A stretch of 64,000 bases of DNA from NCBI GenBank assembly GCA_029786595.1, contig JAFLXO010000003.1:4990-68989 (forward strand), written 5' to 3'. Position 1 is the stretch's first letter, and each line of letters begins with the position of its first letter. Made by a program: the position numbers and the translations under genes. The DNA is from Nitrososphaerota archaeon (GTDB taxonomy: Archaea; Thermoproteota; Nitrososphaeria; Conexivisphaerales; UBA164). Below are positions 52,610 to 61,306 of the stretch, piece after piece. The notes under the pieces were generated by a model that saw nothing but the letters and a program-made list of their open reading frames with translations, was not told the origin of the DNA and did not search any database.

Positions 52610-52993
52610 TTACTCCTCCTGGTTGGTATACGTCGGGACATTGTCCAATTCTTTCGGCAACAGGCCTCTTTTTACCATTTCCTTGGTATGTATGAAGGCC
52701 ATCAAGTTCCACGCGGCAGCCACATCATGTGGCTCCGATCTATCACCCTCCCGGTATTGGTTGATGTGCCGTAGAGCAGCATCTAGATACCTGGAGAGAT
52801 CGATACCCGCTTCCCAGTTTCGTCCGTTACCATATTTTATAGCACCGCGTTCGCAGTGCATCGCCAGTTCCTTCAAAAATATCGGGCTTATGAGGTCATA
52901 CCGGCCCTTCCCGACCGGAGGTTCCCGGACCGCGCCGGAGTTATATGACACCCTTTTACCAGAGTCTGCAAGTTTTTCACCCATAGAGATCAC
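52610..52993 (-). CDS. dATP/dGTP diphosphohydrolase N-terminal-domain-like (DUF5664-type) protein
   Basis: 127 aa. GKGRYDLISPIFLKELAMHCERGAIKYGNGRNWEAG..YLDAALRHINQY..EPHDVAAAWNLMAFIH matches my recollection of this phage-associated family. Confidence 0.45.
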   Translation of the reverse strand: MISMGEKLADSGKRVSYNSGAVREPPVGKGRYDLISPIFLKELAMHCERGAIKYGNGRNWEAGIDLSRYLDAALRHINQYREGDRSEPHDVAAAWNLMAFIHTKEMVKRGLLPKELDNVPTYTNQEE

Positions 52994-53289
52994 CTCTGTT
53001 CAATGGCACGGAACACCACATACTGCACAAAGTCCTTGAACGGTAATGGGACATTGTTGGCAGCTTTGATTGCCGCCACAGGGTATTCTTTTGCCAGTGC
53101 CCGGATGCGCTTTATCGCCGGTTCTGGCTCGGTGTCGAGCGTGTTCACCAATGTTATAAACTCTTTGATCATTTGGTGGACGCTCGGCTTCTCTATCTCT
53201 TTGTTACACAAAGAGCAGATGTATGTTATGGCGACGTTGCTTTTGTTGTCCTTTGCCCTACACATCTTTCCGCCGCACTCACAAATCAA
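52990..53289 (-). CDS. small zinc-ribbon protein
   Basis: 99 aa with CECGGKMC...CSLCNKE. It has 4-nt overlaps on both sides. Confidence 0.5.
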   Translation of the reverse strand: MICECGGKMCRAKDNKSNVAITYICSLCNKEIEKPSVHQMIKEFITLVNTLDTEPEPAIKRIRALAKEYPVAAIKAANNVPLPFKDFVQYVVFRAIEQR

Positions 53290-54662
53290 TTCTCGTCACT
53301 CCTGTCTTTCTGGGTATGGGAAACGCTCCCACGGCCGCCGTATACTATGGATGAAATCAGGTGGCCATAGCCTTTCTCAGGGACCATCTTGCCCCTGTGT
53401 TCGTTGTAGTATACAGGGGGTGCTTCAAAGTACAGATACTTTGGTACTTCAAGATATATGGTCTTTGGATCAATTTTGCGCTCCAGAAGCTGGGCAGCTA
53501 TAACCGCCATTATGCGTTCGCGTATCTGTTTGTTGAGGGTCCTTGTTATGTCTCTCTCAGCGTCTTCTGGAGATATCTTGAACTTTGAAATGTAGTATGT
53601 CTTTAACGTGTCGATTGGCACCCCGTTGAGCCCCATCTCGTCTATCACATTGGCCCTTATCATCTCTGTTTGCTCCTTGTCAAGGAACGTCGCCTTGTCC
53701 AGAACGTCTTCTGGCGAGAACGACGTCTGTTCAAATACATGCTTTACAGCGTAGTCTATGATGAACTGGAGGTTCCCGACCATCCTTTCAAAACTAAGGA
53801 CATCAGCCCGTTTTATCTTGATATACTGATCTGGCCCTTTATAGACGAGCCCCTCTTCTGTCCACCCTGACATCGCATCTTCTGGGGCGGTGGTGCTGAC
53901 CTTCCATCCTCTTACAGGTTCTACCAGCCCGTTGACCGGGACCATTCTTTTCATGGTCTCATAATCGAGGAATTCATAACCTCTGTCTGTCTCGACCAGG
54001 ATGTCGAAGACTTTGAATTTGGCGTCAAACGGGTAGAGCATCCCGTATTTCATCTCTTTGTCGACGGCGATGGGGTTGTATTTTGTCAGGAATTCTGAAG
54101 AGACGAGTTTCACATCCCTGGCGTCAAAGACCGGGCCGAGCGCCGCCTTTAGCCCTGGTATCACGGAAGACACCACGACGTTGCCCATCTCGTCTATCAT
54201 CCCGTTAGACCTGCCTTCATTGAATACTGGGAGATACCGCTGTTTGAAAGACGCGAACGTGGTTACTGGTATCCCTGGGACCGTTTGGTTTCCAAGGACA
54301 AGGTTGTAATTGATGTCATTGTAGAACCTTGCAGGCTCTATAGTCCCTCTGGTCCTATGTATGAGGCCGCGCTGGAGGGCCAACATCATTATCTGGGTCC
54401 CGTTGACCTTTTCTGTCAAGAACCCTCCAGGTGACAGCGCTTCAGAACGCAGGTTGTCTATATGTGGGTAGTTCAGGAGCCACTCAGATGTCGTGACGTC
54501 CATAGCGAGGCCAAGATATTTGTTTGTTTTGACACGCTGCATCAAGTACTTCCCACCATCTGAGTTGCTGAAGACCAGCTTGTGGCCTCCGTACTCGAGC
54601 TTATGCGACGACTTTAACAGTTCCTTTATATCGTCGAGCTCTTTATGTGTATAAAATAACAT
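53286..54662 (-). CDS. large RNA ligase-like nucleotidyltransferase (Rnl2-type motif I)
   Basis: Ordered motifs are present: I TEKVNGTQ (EKxxGxN-like), III SSEF, IIIa VFDIL, IV EEGLVYKG, V YIKIKR. Confidence 0.45.
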   Translation of the reverse strand: MLFYTHKELDDIKELLKSSHKLEYGGHKLVFSNSDGGKYLMQRVKTNKYLGLAMDVTTSEWLLNYPHIDNLRSEALSPGGFLTEKVNGTQIMMLALQRGLIHRTRGTIEPARFYNDINYNLVLGNQTVPGIPVTTFASFKQRYLPVFNEGRSNGMIDEMGNVVVSSVIPGLKAALGPVFDARDVKLVSSEFLTKYNPIAVDKEMKYGMLYPFDAKFKVFDILVETDRGYEFLDYETMKRMVPVNGLVEPVRGWKVSTTAPEDAMSGWTEEGLVYKGPDQYIKIKRADVLSFERMVGNLQFIIDYAVKHVFEQTSFSPEDVLDKATFLDKEQTEMIRANVIDEMGLNGVPIDTLKTYYISKFKISPEDAERDITRTLNKQIRERIMAVIAAQLLERKIDPKTIYLEVPKYLYFEAPPVYYNEHRGKMVPEKGYGHLISSIVYGGRGSVSHTQKDRSDEN

Positions 54663-54673
54663 GTTCTTGCCTC

Positions 54674-55405
54674 CTATACTTCAAATGCCGTGGCGACGTT
54701 GATGGGGACGCCCATCTCCAGGGCCAGCACCAATGATTTCTTTATTGAATTAACCATCTTGACGGGCTGTGAGTTTATGACAAATGTGGTATGTTGCTTG
54801 GTGGCGTTAATGACGTTGGATTTGAAGGCCTGTCTAGTATGTTGGAGCAAAGAAAAGAGCGCCGAAGGGTAGCTTATCCTCACATACGGCATCTCTATGG
54901 TATCTATATTTGCCAGTGTCTTCAACCCGAATATAACGGTATAGTTATGGAAAGGGAATGGCTGAACTGTCCGCACCCTGATGTCTACCGTTATATCCTT
55001 ACCAACATGGACAATATTCTTACCGGCCTCCAACTTATGAAACATATCAATGGTTTTATCGCTTAGTTCTAAGTACGCCTTTAACCTGTCGCGCCTGGCT
55101 GGGTTTCCGCATAACCTTTCAAGCACCGATATGTCTACAGTTGTTATCGCTTTCAGTATGGAAGTGTGGGCCATAGGATAGGGGGTATACCGTGAGAACC
55201 TGCCATAGACGGCGCATACTAGGCTTTCTATGATTGTTTTACGGTAATCTGACGTCACAAAGAGTTCTTCTTTGTCTGAAGACTTGATTAAGATGCCACT
55301 ATGTTCGATGCTTATTGTACCTTCTTCTGTCTTTGGCATTTTTAGTATACCGGCAGCGATGCGGCGGCCTGCCAGATATGCAGTGCTTACGACGTCGTTT
55401 CTCAT
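54674..55405 (-). CDS. AL-tail family member (distinct body)
   Basis: 243 aa. Tail is SLVLALEMGVPINVATAFEV. Confidence 0.55.
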   Translation of the reverse strand: MRNDVVSTAYLAGRRIAAGILKMPKTEEGTISIEHSGILIKSSDKEELFVTSDYRKTIIESLVCAVYGRFSRYTPYPMAHTSILKAITTVDISVLERLCGNPARRDRLKAYLELSDKTIDMFHKLEAGKNIVHVGKDITVDIRVRTVQPFPFHNYTVIFGLKTLANIDTIEMPYVRISYPSALFSLLQHTRQAFKSNVINATKQHTTFVINSQPVKMVNSIKKSLVLALEMGVPINVATAFEV

Positions 55406-55425
55406 GGTATACCACCCCCTGGGCC

Positions 55426-56679
55426 TTAAACCGAACCGCCTGGTGTGAGTTTCATGTCTAGGAAGAAGCTCTGGAACCCTGGTAACTTTGCCGGGGTCCT
55501 TGTGTAGCCTATAGCCGCAAATCCTGCCCTCTTTGCTATGCTCATGGCGGTTTCTTTTGTCGTTATGCTGTCGAGATCGAAGACGTCGCCGTCTGTTAGG
55601 ATGACGACACCGTCTCCTGGCCGCATCTGCTTGTCGATGACCTCCAAGGCTGGACCGACTTCAGTGCCTCCGCCACCCTTCATCCTCTTAGCGATTCTTG
55701 AGGCCACCTCAGAGGGGCTGTCTGCCGTCATCAACTCGTACGCTTTCGCGTCGAAGGCCAGGACTATCACGGTCCCGTTTCTTGCATGGTTCTTGACCAG
55801 CCCGATTTCGTATTTCAAGGTCGTTTCATCGATGCTGCCAGACGTGTCGACGAGGTTGAACAGGTCATACCTGTATCCATAGTCGCCGGCAAGCTCGTCG
55901 TTCCTTCTGTTGATGTATGCAAAACTGCTGTCGTGGTGCTCATGTAGGTCTATAGTGGATTTGAGGAAGAAGGTCCATGGTGGTTTGACTTCGATGACCT
56001 CTGATATAGCCCGGTCCATCTCAGCAGGCATGTTCCCAGCTTGCTGCCCCAACGTCCTCATCCTTGAAAGGATGCGCTTGGTCTCTTCAGCGTCTCGTTT
56101 GCTGAAGATGTCTCCACCGTCTTCGCCATCCTCAATCTCTTGGTAGTTGTCGAGTGCCGCGATCAAGTCGTCTTCTGTCATATTCTCGAGGACCTTGTCT
56201 GACACATCCTCTAAAAGACGGGCGATTTCTTCTACTGACATCTGCTCGAGGTCCCCTATATCGGTCTTGGTCACTTCTGCGATGGCATCCATCGTAATCT
56301 CGTTTTTACCAAGGTCGATTTTGCCAGCGTTGACTTCCCTATCCAGGGAACCACGGATGATGCTATTGACCTTCGCACAGGCGGCTATGTTCCAGGCGTT
56401 CTTGGTAAACCCCCGGCCTCTGTAATAATGCCCGAAAGCAAGGTGGAGGCAGGCGTGGAATACGCGGCCTCTTTTGATGTTGAAGTCGGCCCTATTCCAT
56501 GCTGACCCGTTGACTACCATGCGGCCGTTGTTGTCTACTGAAACCAGCCCAGCCGTTTCCTTGCTTTCGATTATCTTTGCATATTTCAACGGGATGAGCA
56601 GGTATGGTGCTTTCTTGTTGAAATAGACCCTGATGTCGATGAAATCTGCCCGTATTGTTTCTTCAGTCATAATGCGCAC
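55426..56679 (-). CDS. VWA-domain protein with N-terminal putative metallopeptidase-like domain (DUF2201-like), MoxR partner
   Basis: 417 aa. The N-terminus has FHACLHLAFGHYYRG. The VWA MIDAS is LFNLVDTSGSIDE. It ends ..KLTPGGSV. Confidence 0.6.
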   Translation of the reverse strand: MRIMTEETIRADFIDIRVYFNKKAPYLLIPLKYAKIIESKETAGLVSVDNNGRMVVNGSAWNRADFNIKRGRVFHACLHLAFGHYYRGRGFTKNAWNIAACAKVNSIIRGSLDREVNAGKIDLGKNEITMDAIAEVTKTDIGDLEQMSVEEIARLLEDVSDKVLENMTEDDLIAALDNYQEIEDGEDGGDIFSKRDAEETKRILSRMRTLGQQAGNMPAEMDRAISEVIEVKPPWTFFLKSTIDLHEHHDSSFAYINRRNDELAGDYGYRYDLFNLVDTSGSIDETTLKYEIGLVKNHARNGTVIVLAFDAKAYELMTADSPSEVASRIAKRMKGGGGTEVGPALEVIDKQMRPGDGVVILTDGDVFDLDSITTKETAMSIAKRAGFAAIGYTRTPAKLPGFQSFFLDMKLTPGGSV

Positions 56680-56736
56680 CTCCTGTTAAAAAAACATGTA
56701 GGGCAAGACACTGAGCTTGTCTTGCCCCTCATCGGC

Positions 56737-58080
56737 TTACTTCACCCGTATCAGACTGGCACCTATTGAGGTGATTAGCTCAGTCACCCTCCTGGCGCTT
56801 ACAGACTTTTCGGGGTCAAATTTTGGAGACGACTTAGAGATGAATCCGTCTACATACTTGTAGAACCGGAACGTCATTTCTTGCTTAGTAGATGGCAGCA
56901 TGGAAAGTATCACGGCCATATATTCCTTGCCGCCAATCTGACCCTTACCGTCGTTCATGGTAGCTACGGCAGCCAGGATTTTGAACACGTCAGGCCATGC
57001 CTTCTCGACTACCACCTTGTTGGCGATTGACAACGCTGCGAGGCACTTCTGTTCTAGGTCGAAACTGGCGATCTTTGTCGGATCTGCTGCTATCTCTTCA
57101 AAGGTCGGTGGGGTGTGTTCTGAAAACTGGACCAGCTCAGATCCGGTCTGACCGAGCTTGCCTTCTGCGAGCTCGACCTTAAAGACCTCATCTGCCGGGC
57201 TGCTCCCGAGGGCGTTCCAGGCTACAGCGATGTACTCCATGCCTCTGAGAGTCGCAAACATGCGCATCTCATAGTCTTCGTTCTCTTTCACAGCGTCGGC
57301 AAAAATCTTGTCCTCCTTCCAGACGTAGAAGGCGAAGACGCGCTTGTCCCAGTTGTCGCCATGCATCCTGTCCATGTATGTGGCCCAGGACCTAGGGTTC
57401 GGCCGGTCGACCTGAATCTTGACACATCTGTCAAGCATCGGCCTCGGAAGTGGCCTTGCGATAGCCGAGAACCTTGGAGGGTTGCACGCGGCTATGACGA
57501 AGCTGTCAGGGTGCAACGGAGTGCTCCCTATCTTATGCTCGTCTAGTGTACGCATGATCGCTGCGAACATGTTGTCTCTGCGTTCGTTGGTGATTTCATC
57601 TATGAAGAGGATGGTCGGGATGGTGCTTGCCAGTTTGGCTAGCGCCAGGGGCACGAGCCTAGTGAAGTCCGCCTCTTCGTTGACCCGTGGGTAGCCGTTG
57701 AGCTCTACAGGGTCGTGCAGGGCAGGGCGGAGGTGCGCGAAGATGAAGTTCTCATCTGGCTTCTCAAGGAGGTTCTTCATCACGTCCGGGTCGTCCTTGA
57801 TCTTTTCCCAGTCTCTGAATATCCTAGAGGTCTTTAGCGGGGCATGGCATTTCGGACACTCCTGAGGATCGTTTGAATAGACATGCTCCGGCTTTGTCCC
57901 ACAATTTGCGCATGGGGCTGGGAATTTCTTCACAATGTCGGTAGCCCAAAGCCAGATCGTGGTGGTTTTGCCTACACCTGTGTCGCTTTCTAGCAGCGGG
58001 GTTATATAGAAGTGCGTCTTACTTCTAAGTTCAAACAACCTAGTCAGATAGGTAGGTACAGTGTTTATATCCATATTCAT
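56737..58080 (-). CDS. MoxR/AAA_5-like AAA+ ATPase with inserted zinc ribbon
   Basis: Walker A is ESDTGVGKTTTI, Walker B is ILFIDEITNE and sensor-1-like is FVIAACNPP. There is an inserted CANCG...CPKCH. Its start forms an ATGA overlap with the upstream gene. Confidence 0.7.
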   Translation of the reverse strand: MNMDINTVPTYLTRLFELRSKTHFYITPLLESDTGVGKTTTIWLWATDIVKKFPAPCANCGTKPEHVYSNDPQECPKCHAPLKTSRIFRDWEKIKDDPDVMKNLLEKPDENFIFAHLRPALHDPVELNGYPRVNEEADFTRLVPLALAKLASTIPTILFIDEITNERRDNMFAAIMRTLDEHKIGSTPLHPDSFVIAACNPPRFSAIARPLPRPMLDRCVKIQVDRPNPRSWATYMDRMHGDNWDKRVFAFYVWKEDKIFADAVKENEDYEMRMFATLRGMEYIAVAWNALGSSPADEVFKVELAEGKLGQTGSELVQFSEHTPPTFEEIAADPTKIASFDLEQKCLAALSIANKVVVEKAWPDVFKILAAVATMNDGKGQIGGKEYMAVILSMLPSTKQEMTFRFYKYVDGFISKSSPKFDPEKSVSARRVTELITSIGASLIRVK

Positions 58081-58550
58081 ATTCCTCCTGTTTTGTCGTC
58101 ATTCGGCAACAGACGGTAAAATTCTTCTTTTATGAGTCGCTTCAGCAACCTGGCGTTATAGACGAGATGCATCGATATCTCAGCAAACTCGTCTTCAAGG
58201 CTTATAGGCCGCACCTTAAAGGCAACCACGGGGGTAGGTGGTAGCGAGAACTCATAGAACTCGGCACTGCCTTCTACAACATTGGGGTCCTTCTCTAGCA
58301 GTTTCGAATACTCCCCCATCTCAGCCAACGAAATGAACCCATCGAGAGGAGACAGCCCCATGAGGTTCCTGTTGACCTTAATGAACGGTTTTGCTGCTAT
58401 CTCCATGGGTTCATATCTGTTCCATGACAGCCCGATCTCCTTTGCAGCTATTAACCGTTCCAGTAACTGACCAAGCATCCGCATCTCCAGCGTCGTCTGA
58501 GACTTTCGTATCGCGTTTTTGGTCATATCAATATACTCTTGATATTGCAT
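58077..58550 (-). CDS. hypothetical protein with C-terminal ..KTGGI tail (candidate modifier or substrate)
   Basis: 157 aa. It ends in LLPNDDKTGG-I, verified codon by codon. It sits between the E2-like genes and the AAA+ gene. Confidence 0.55.
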   Translation of the reverse strand: MQYQEYIDMTKNAIRKSQTTLEMRMLGQLLERLIAAKEIGLSWNRYEPMEIAAKPFIKVNRNLMGLSPLDGFISLAEMGEYSKLLEKDPNVVEGSAEFYEFSLPPTPVVAFKVRPISLEDEFAEISMHLVYNARLLKRLIKEEFYRLLPNDDKTGGI

Positions 58551-58562
58551 TTTACCCCCTTC

Positions 58563-59387
58563 TTAATTCTTTACCTCTATAAAAAGGTCATTATCCTTGA
58601 GGGTGTTAAGTGTTATCCGGACTTTGGGTTGGGTCTTGTTCACTACTGACTCTGGTGATACAGTCTGCGGTTTGAGAGGTGTTATAGTCAAATTGTGTCT
58701 GGTCACGACATGTTTGAACAGCCAGTCTGGGAGGCCCCTGATGTCCATTCCAGGATACTGAGGTGCCAGAGCCGCCACGATGACGTCTTTGGCGCTATTG
58801 ACGGTCAGCTTTTTGTTGGCCGTTGCCTGAACTATGGCGTTTTCAAGTTCTTGCAGTTCTGGCTTCTTAAGATGATACCATGGGGTGCCTTTCCATTTGA
58901 ACGGCCCAATGTTTTGACCTGGGATCTGTAAGGAACTTAACTGGTGATACCTCTGACTGTTAAATCTATCATTGCTGTCAGTGTTAGCTAGCACGGCCTC
59001 GACAGGCTCAAAATTATTAGCTAACCTTTTTGCCGCATTGTTTAGGTTAGATAGGCTGATCATCTTGCGAATCATGCCATAACCAGCCCCGACGCACAAC
59101 TCCCCACCTGAAATATGTCTATGGTTGAAGGTAGGTGCTACTCTGATGGATGATGAATATGAATGTGGAGCCCCATGAAATACCAAAGTTTCCTCATCAC
59201 GTTTTTCATAAACCATGGTGACAGTTATACGGGGTACCACAGCAGCCTTAGCCGATGAAGTTACGATAAAGTTTCTGATTTCTTTGCGTATATTTACGTT
59301 TCCACTGCCATACAGGGAAGCCGTGATGTTCGGGACGGTGTTTTTGAAGATGCCATTGAGGCCTGTTATCAAGTCGGCATATGTCAT
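58563..59387 (-). CDS. E2 (UBC)-like protein, long paralog
   Basis: 274 aa. FNHRHISGGELCVGAGYG resembles the E2 H-x-N...G-x-x-C active-site flap. The downstream FEPVEAVLANTDSNDR is shared with 59400..59951. Confidence 0.45.
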   Translation of the reverse strand: MTYADLITGLNGIFKNTVPNITASLYGSGNVNIRKEIRNFIVTSSAKAAVVPRITVTMVYEKRDEETLVFHGAPHSYSSSIRVAPTFNHRHISGGELCVGAGYGMIRKMISLSNLNNAAKRLANNFEPVEAVLANTDSNDRFNSQRYHQLSSLQIPGQNIGPFKWKGTPWYHLKKPELQELENAIVQATANKKLTVNSAKDVIVAALAPQYPGMDIRGLPDWLFKHVVTRHNLTITPLKPQTVSPESVVNKTQPKVRITLNTLKDNDLFIEVKN

Positions 59388-59399
59388 CTATAGCACCTC

Positions 59400-59951
59400 C
59401 TAATGTCTAACAGCTATATCAACGCCCGGGGCGACCTTCTTGAGGTTCATCTGGTTGCTGACGCGGGGCCTTCTTGTCTTACCAAGACGTATCCCAGCCC
59501 CGGCTACGATCGAGTCTGGTTTTTCTGTGTTTGACAGTATCGCTTCAACGACTTCGAAGTTACTGATTATTATGTCCGGGGCGCCGGCGTCTATAGGTAT
59601 GCGCCTTTTCAATAAATCAGCGCTTTGACCTAGGCAGATGCCTTCAGTGAAGACGTCGGCGTGCCAGATCCTAGAAGTCGGTGACACTTTGATTCCTCTG
59701 CTAACACTTTTGTTTTTATCAAGTCTCAGTATTAAGACATTACCAGCCGTCAGATGGTGCTGCATCGTTATCGTGAACGGATTCAGCCTATATGCGTACT
59801 TTGTCCCGATTGTGATGAAATCTGACTCTTTTTTTGTGATTGTAAGATATGATGTTTGATTTGAGACAGTGACCGAGAACGGCCTGTCTTTATATCGTGC
59901 ATTTAAACCGCTTTCTAAAGGATGCTCCGTTCCGATCACCTCCAATACCAC
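59400..59951 (-). CDS. E2 (UBC)-like protein, short paralog
   Basis: 183 aa. RIWHADVFTEGICLGQSADLL closely mimics the E2 HPN-x4-G-x-ICL-x-x-L signature. FEVVEAILSNTEKPDS is shared with 58563..59387. Confidence 0.5.
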   Translation of the reverse strand: MVLEVIGTEHPLESGLNARYKDRPFSVTVSNQTSYLTITKKESDFITIGTKYAYRLNPFTITMQHHLTAGNVLILRLDKNKSVSRGIKVSPTSRIWHADVFTEGICLGQSADLLKRRIPIDAGAPDIIISNFEVVEAILSNTEKPDSIVAGAGIRLGKTRRPRVSNQMNLKKVAPGVDIAVRH

Positions 59952-59952
59952 G

Positions 59953-60579
59953 CTATAACGAGTTGTTAATCATCTTTGGGTGCTTCTCATTGCGTAACAT
60001 CGCCAGGATAATCTGTGTTGTCATCGAGGCGCAGACCATATGTGTCGCCTCTAGCCGCACCTTGGGTGCAACAAAACAGCTGCCTCTCCTGGCTGGGTCG
60101 TTACCTTCATTGAACGCGCTGTACCCGTCGATATCACTGGTAAGGATTGTATACTGGTTTTCTTCAACACGTGCGTCCACAAAATTGGTGAACGATTTGC
60201 TTATGACGTCTCTTGTTGTAAGGTTGTCAACCGTGAGGACACCAATGGCGCTGTTTTTCGACCCAATCCCGAGGTTTGTTATATCCCCGAGCTCAACTAT
60301 CTCAGCGTCATGTGGTATCACCTTCACGGCACTGTCAGCATACCGTTTGGCGAGCGCTTCGATCTTCAGTTTGCCTACATCAGTTTTGTCATAATCAGCG
60401 TAAAGAAGGTTTTTGGGTTCGACCATGTCAAAGTCTACAATGTGTATCTCTTTGACTTTCGCGCGAACCAGCTCGCTGTCAAGCTTGGTCAAGAACCACA
60501 GTATCCAGCTCCCGACCCCACCGACACCGAAAACAGCTATTTTTTTAGACAAAGTCAAACACCTCTTTCTCTGATCCAA
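59953..60579 (-). CDS. minimal E1-like adenylating enzyme (ThiF/MoeB/HesA family)
   Basis: 208 aa. It has Rossmann IAVFGVGGVGSW, VDFDMVEPKNLLY (D-x-D-x-V-x3-NL), TVDNLTTRDVI (DN..tR) and a downstream Cys in RRGSCFVAP. Confidence 0.7.
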   Translation of the reverse strand: MDQRKRCLTLSKKIAVFGVGGVGSWILWFLTKLDSELVRAKVKEIHIVDFDMVEPKNLLYADYDKTDVGKLKIEALAKRYADSAVKVIPHDAEIVELGDITNLGIGSKNSAIGVLTVDNLTTRDVISKSFTNFVDARVEENQYTILTSDIDGYSAFNEGNDPARRGSCFVAPKVRLEATHMVCASMTTQIILAMLRNEKHPKMINNSL

Positions 60580-61306
60580 ACGTTATATCGGGTTGTGATT
60601 CCTGGTCGAGTTTGTCCTCGATAACCGATAGAAGATCTTTGATTTGATACAAAATGCCCCTCACTGATTTGTTCTCAGCGTCAAGAGTATTTCCATCACC
60701 AGGGAGGAATTCAGAAACGTCATTATGCCCGTCTGAACTAACAACGTTGACAGCCGATGGATTGAATGGGAGGACTACCTTCGCCTCTGTCAATGTTATA
60801 CCCCCAGATCGGTCCTTGATTGCTACTTTGCCGTCGAATCGTTTGGGGTTATGTCTTGATATGGTCAGACTCGCCACTGGGAGCTTGAGAATGTTTGCTA
60901 TATCCATTGTGGTGTCAGTGTCGGTGCCAGAATGAAAGGCCCCGAAGTCGCAGTGGCTGTGGCCCCAGCCTACCTGGGTTTTTTGGGTGTTTTTATAGTA
61001 GAGGAACACGTCATCTACACCATCCAGTGGCACCTGTTCCCAGTGAGCCCCAGATACGCGTTGCGAGGGGAGGTAAATGTCGGTGACATGCACCTGCCGG
61101 GTCCCATGACGGTAGCCAGACATCGCGAACCCAAACTCTGTTTTGAACGTTGAGAGGTAATACATCATCTTACTCAACGCCTTGGCTGAGATGATGATTT
61201 TAGACTTACCGTCCTGAGGAACCTCTCCGTACAGGTCATTTATCTGAAAGTTGTCAGGTGTGTCAAAGTATTTCTCTTTTTTACCCAATAATAACCCCTC
61301 CATCAT
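60545..61306 (-). CDS. JAB/MPN (JAMM) metallopeptidase, copy 2
   Basis: JAMM signature GWGHSHCDFGAFHSGTD. It is a paralog of 24005..24571 with an extra C-terminal region of about 60 aa. Confidence 0.75.
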   Translation of the reverse strand: MMEGLLLGKKEKYFDTPDNFQINDLYGEVPQDGKSKIIISAKALSKMMYYLSTFKTEFGFAMSGYRHGTRQVHVTDIYLPSQRVSGAHWEQVPLDGVDDVFLYYKNTQKTQVGWGHSHCDFGAFHSGTDTDTTMDIANILKLPVASLTISRHNPKRFDGKVAIKDRSGGITLTEAKVVLPFNPSAVNVVSSDGHNDVSEFLPGDGNTLDAENKSVRGILYQIKDLLSVIEDKLDQESQPDITFGSEKEVFDFV

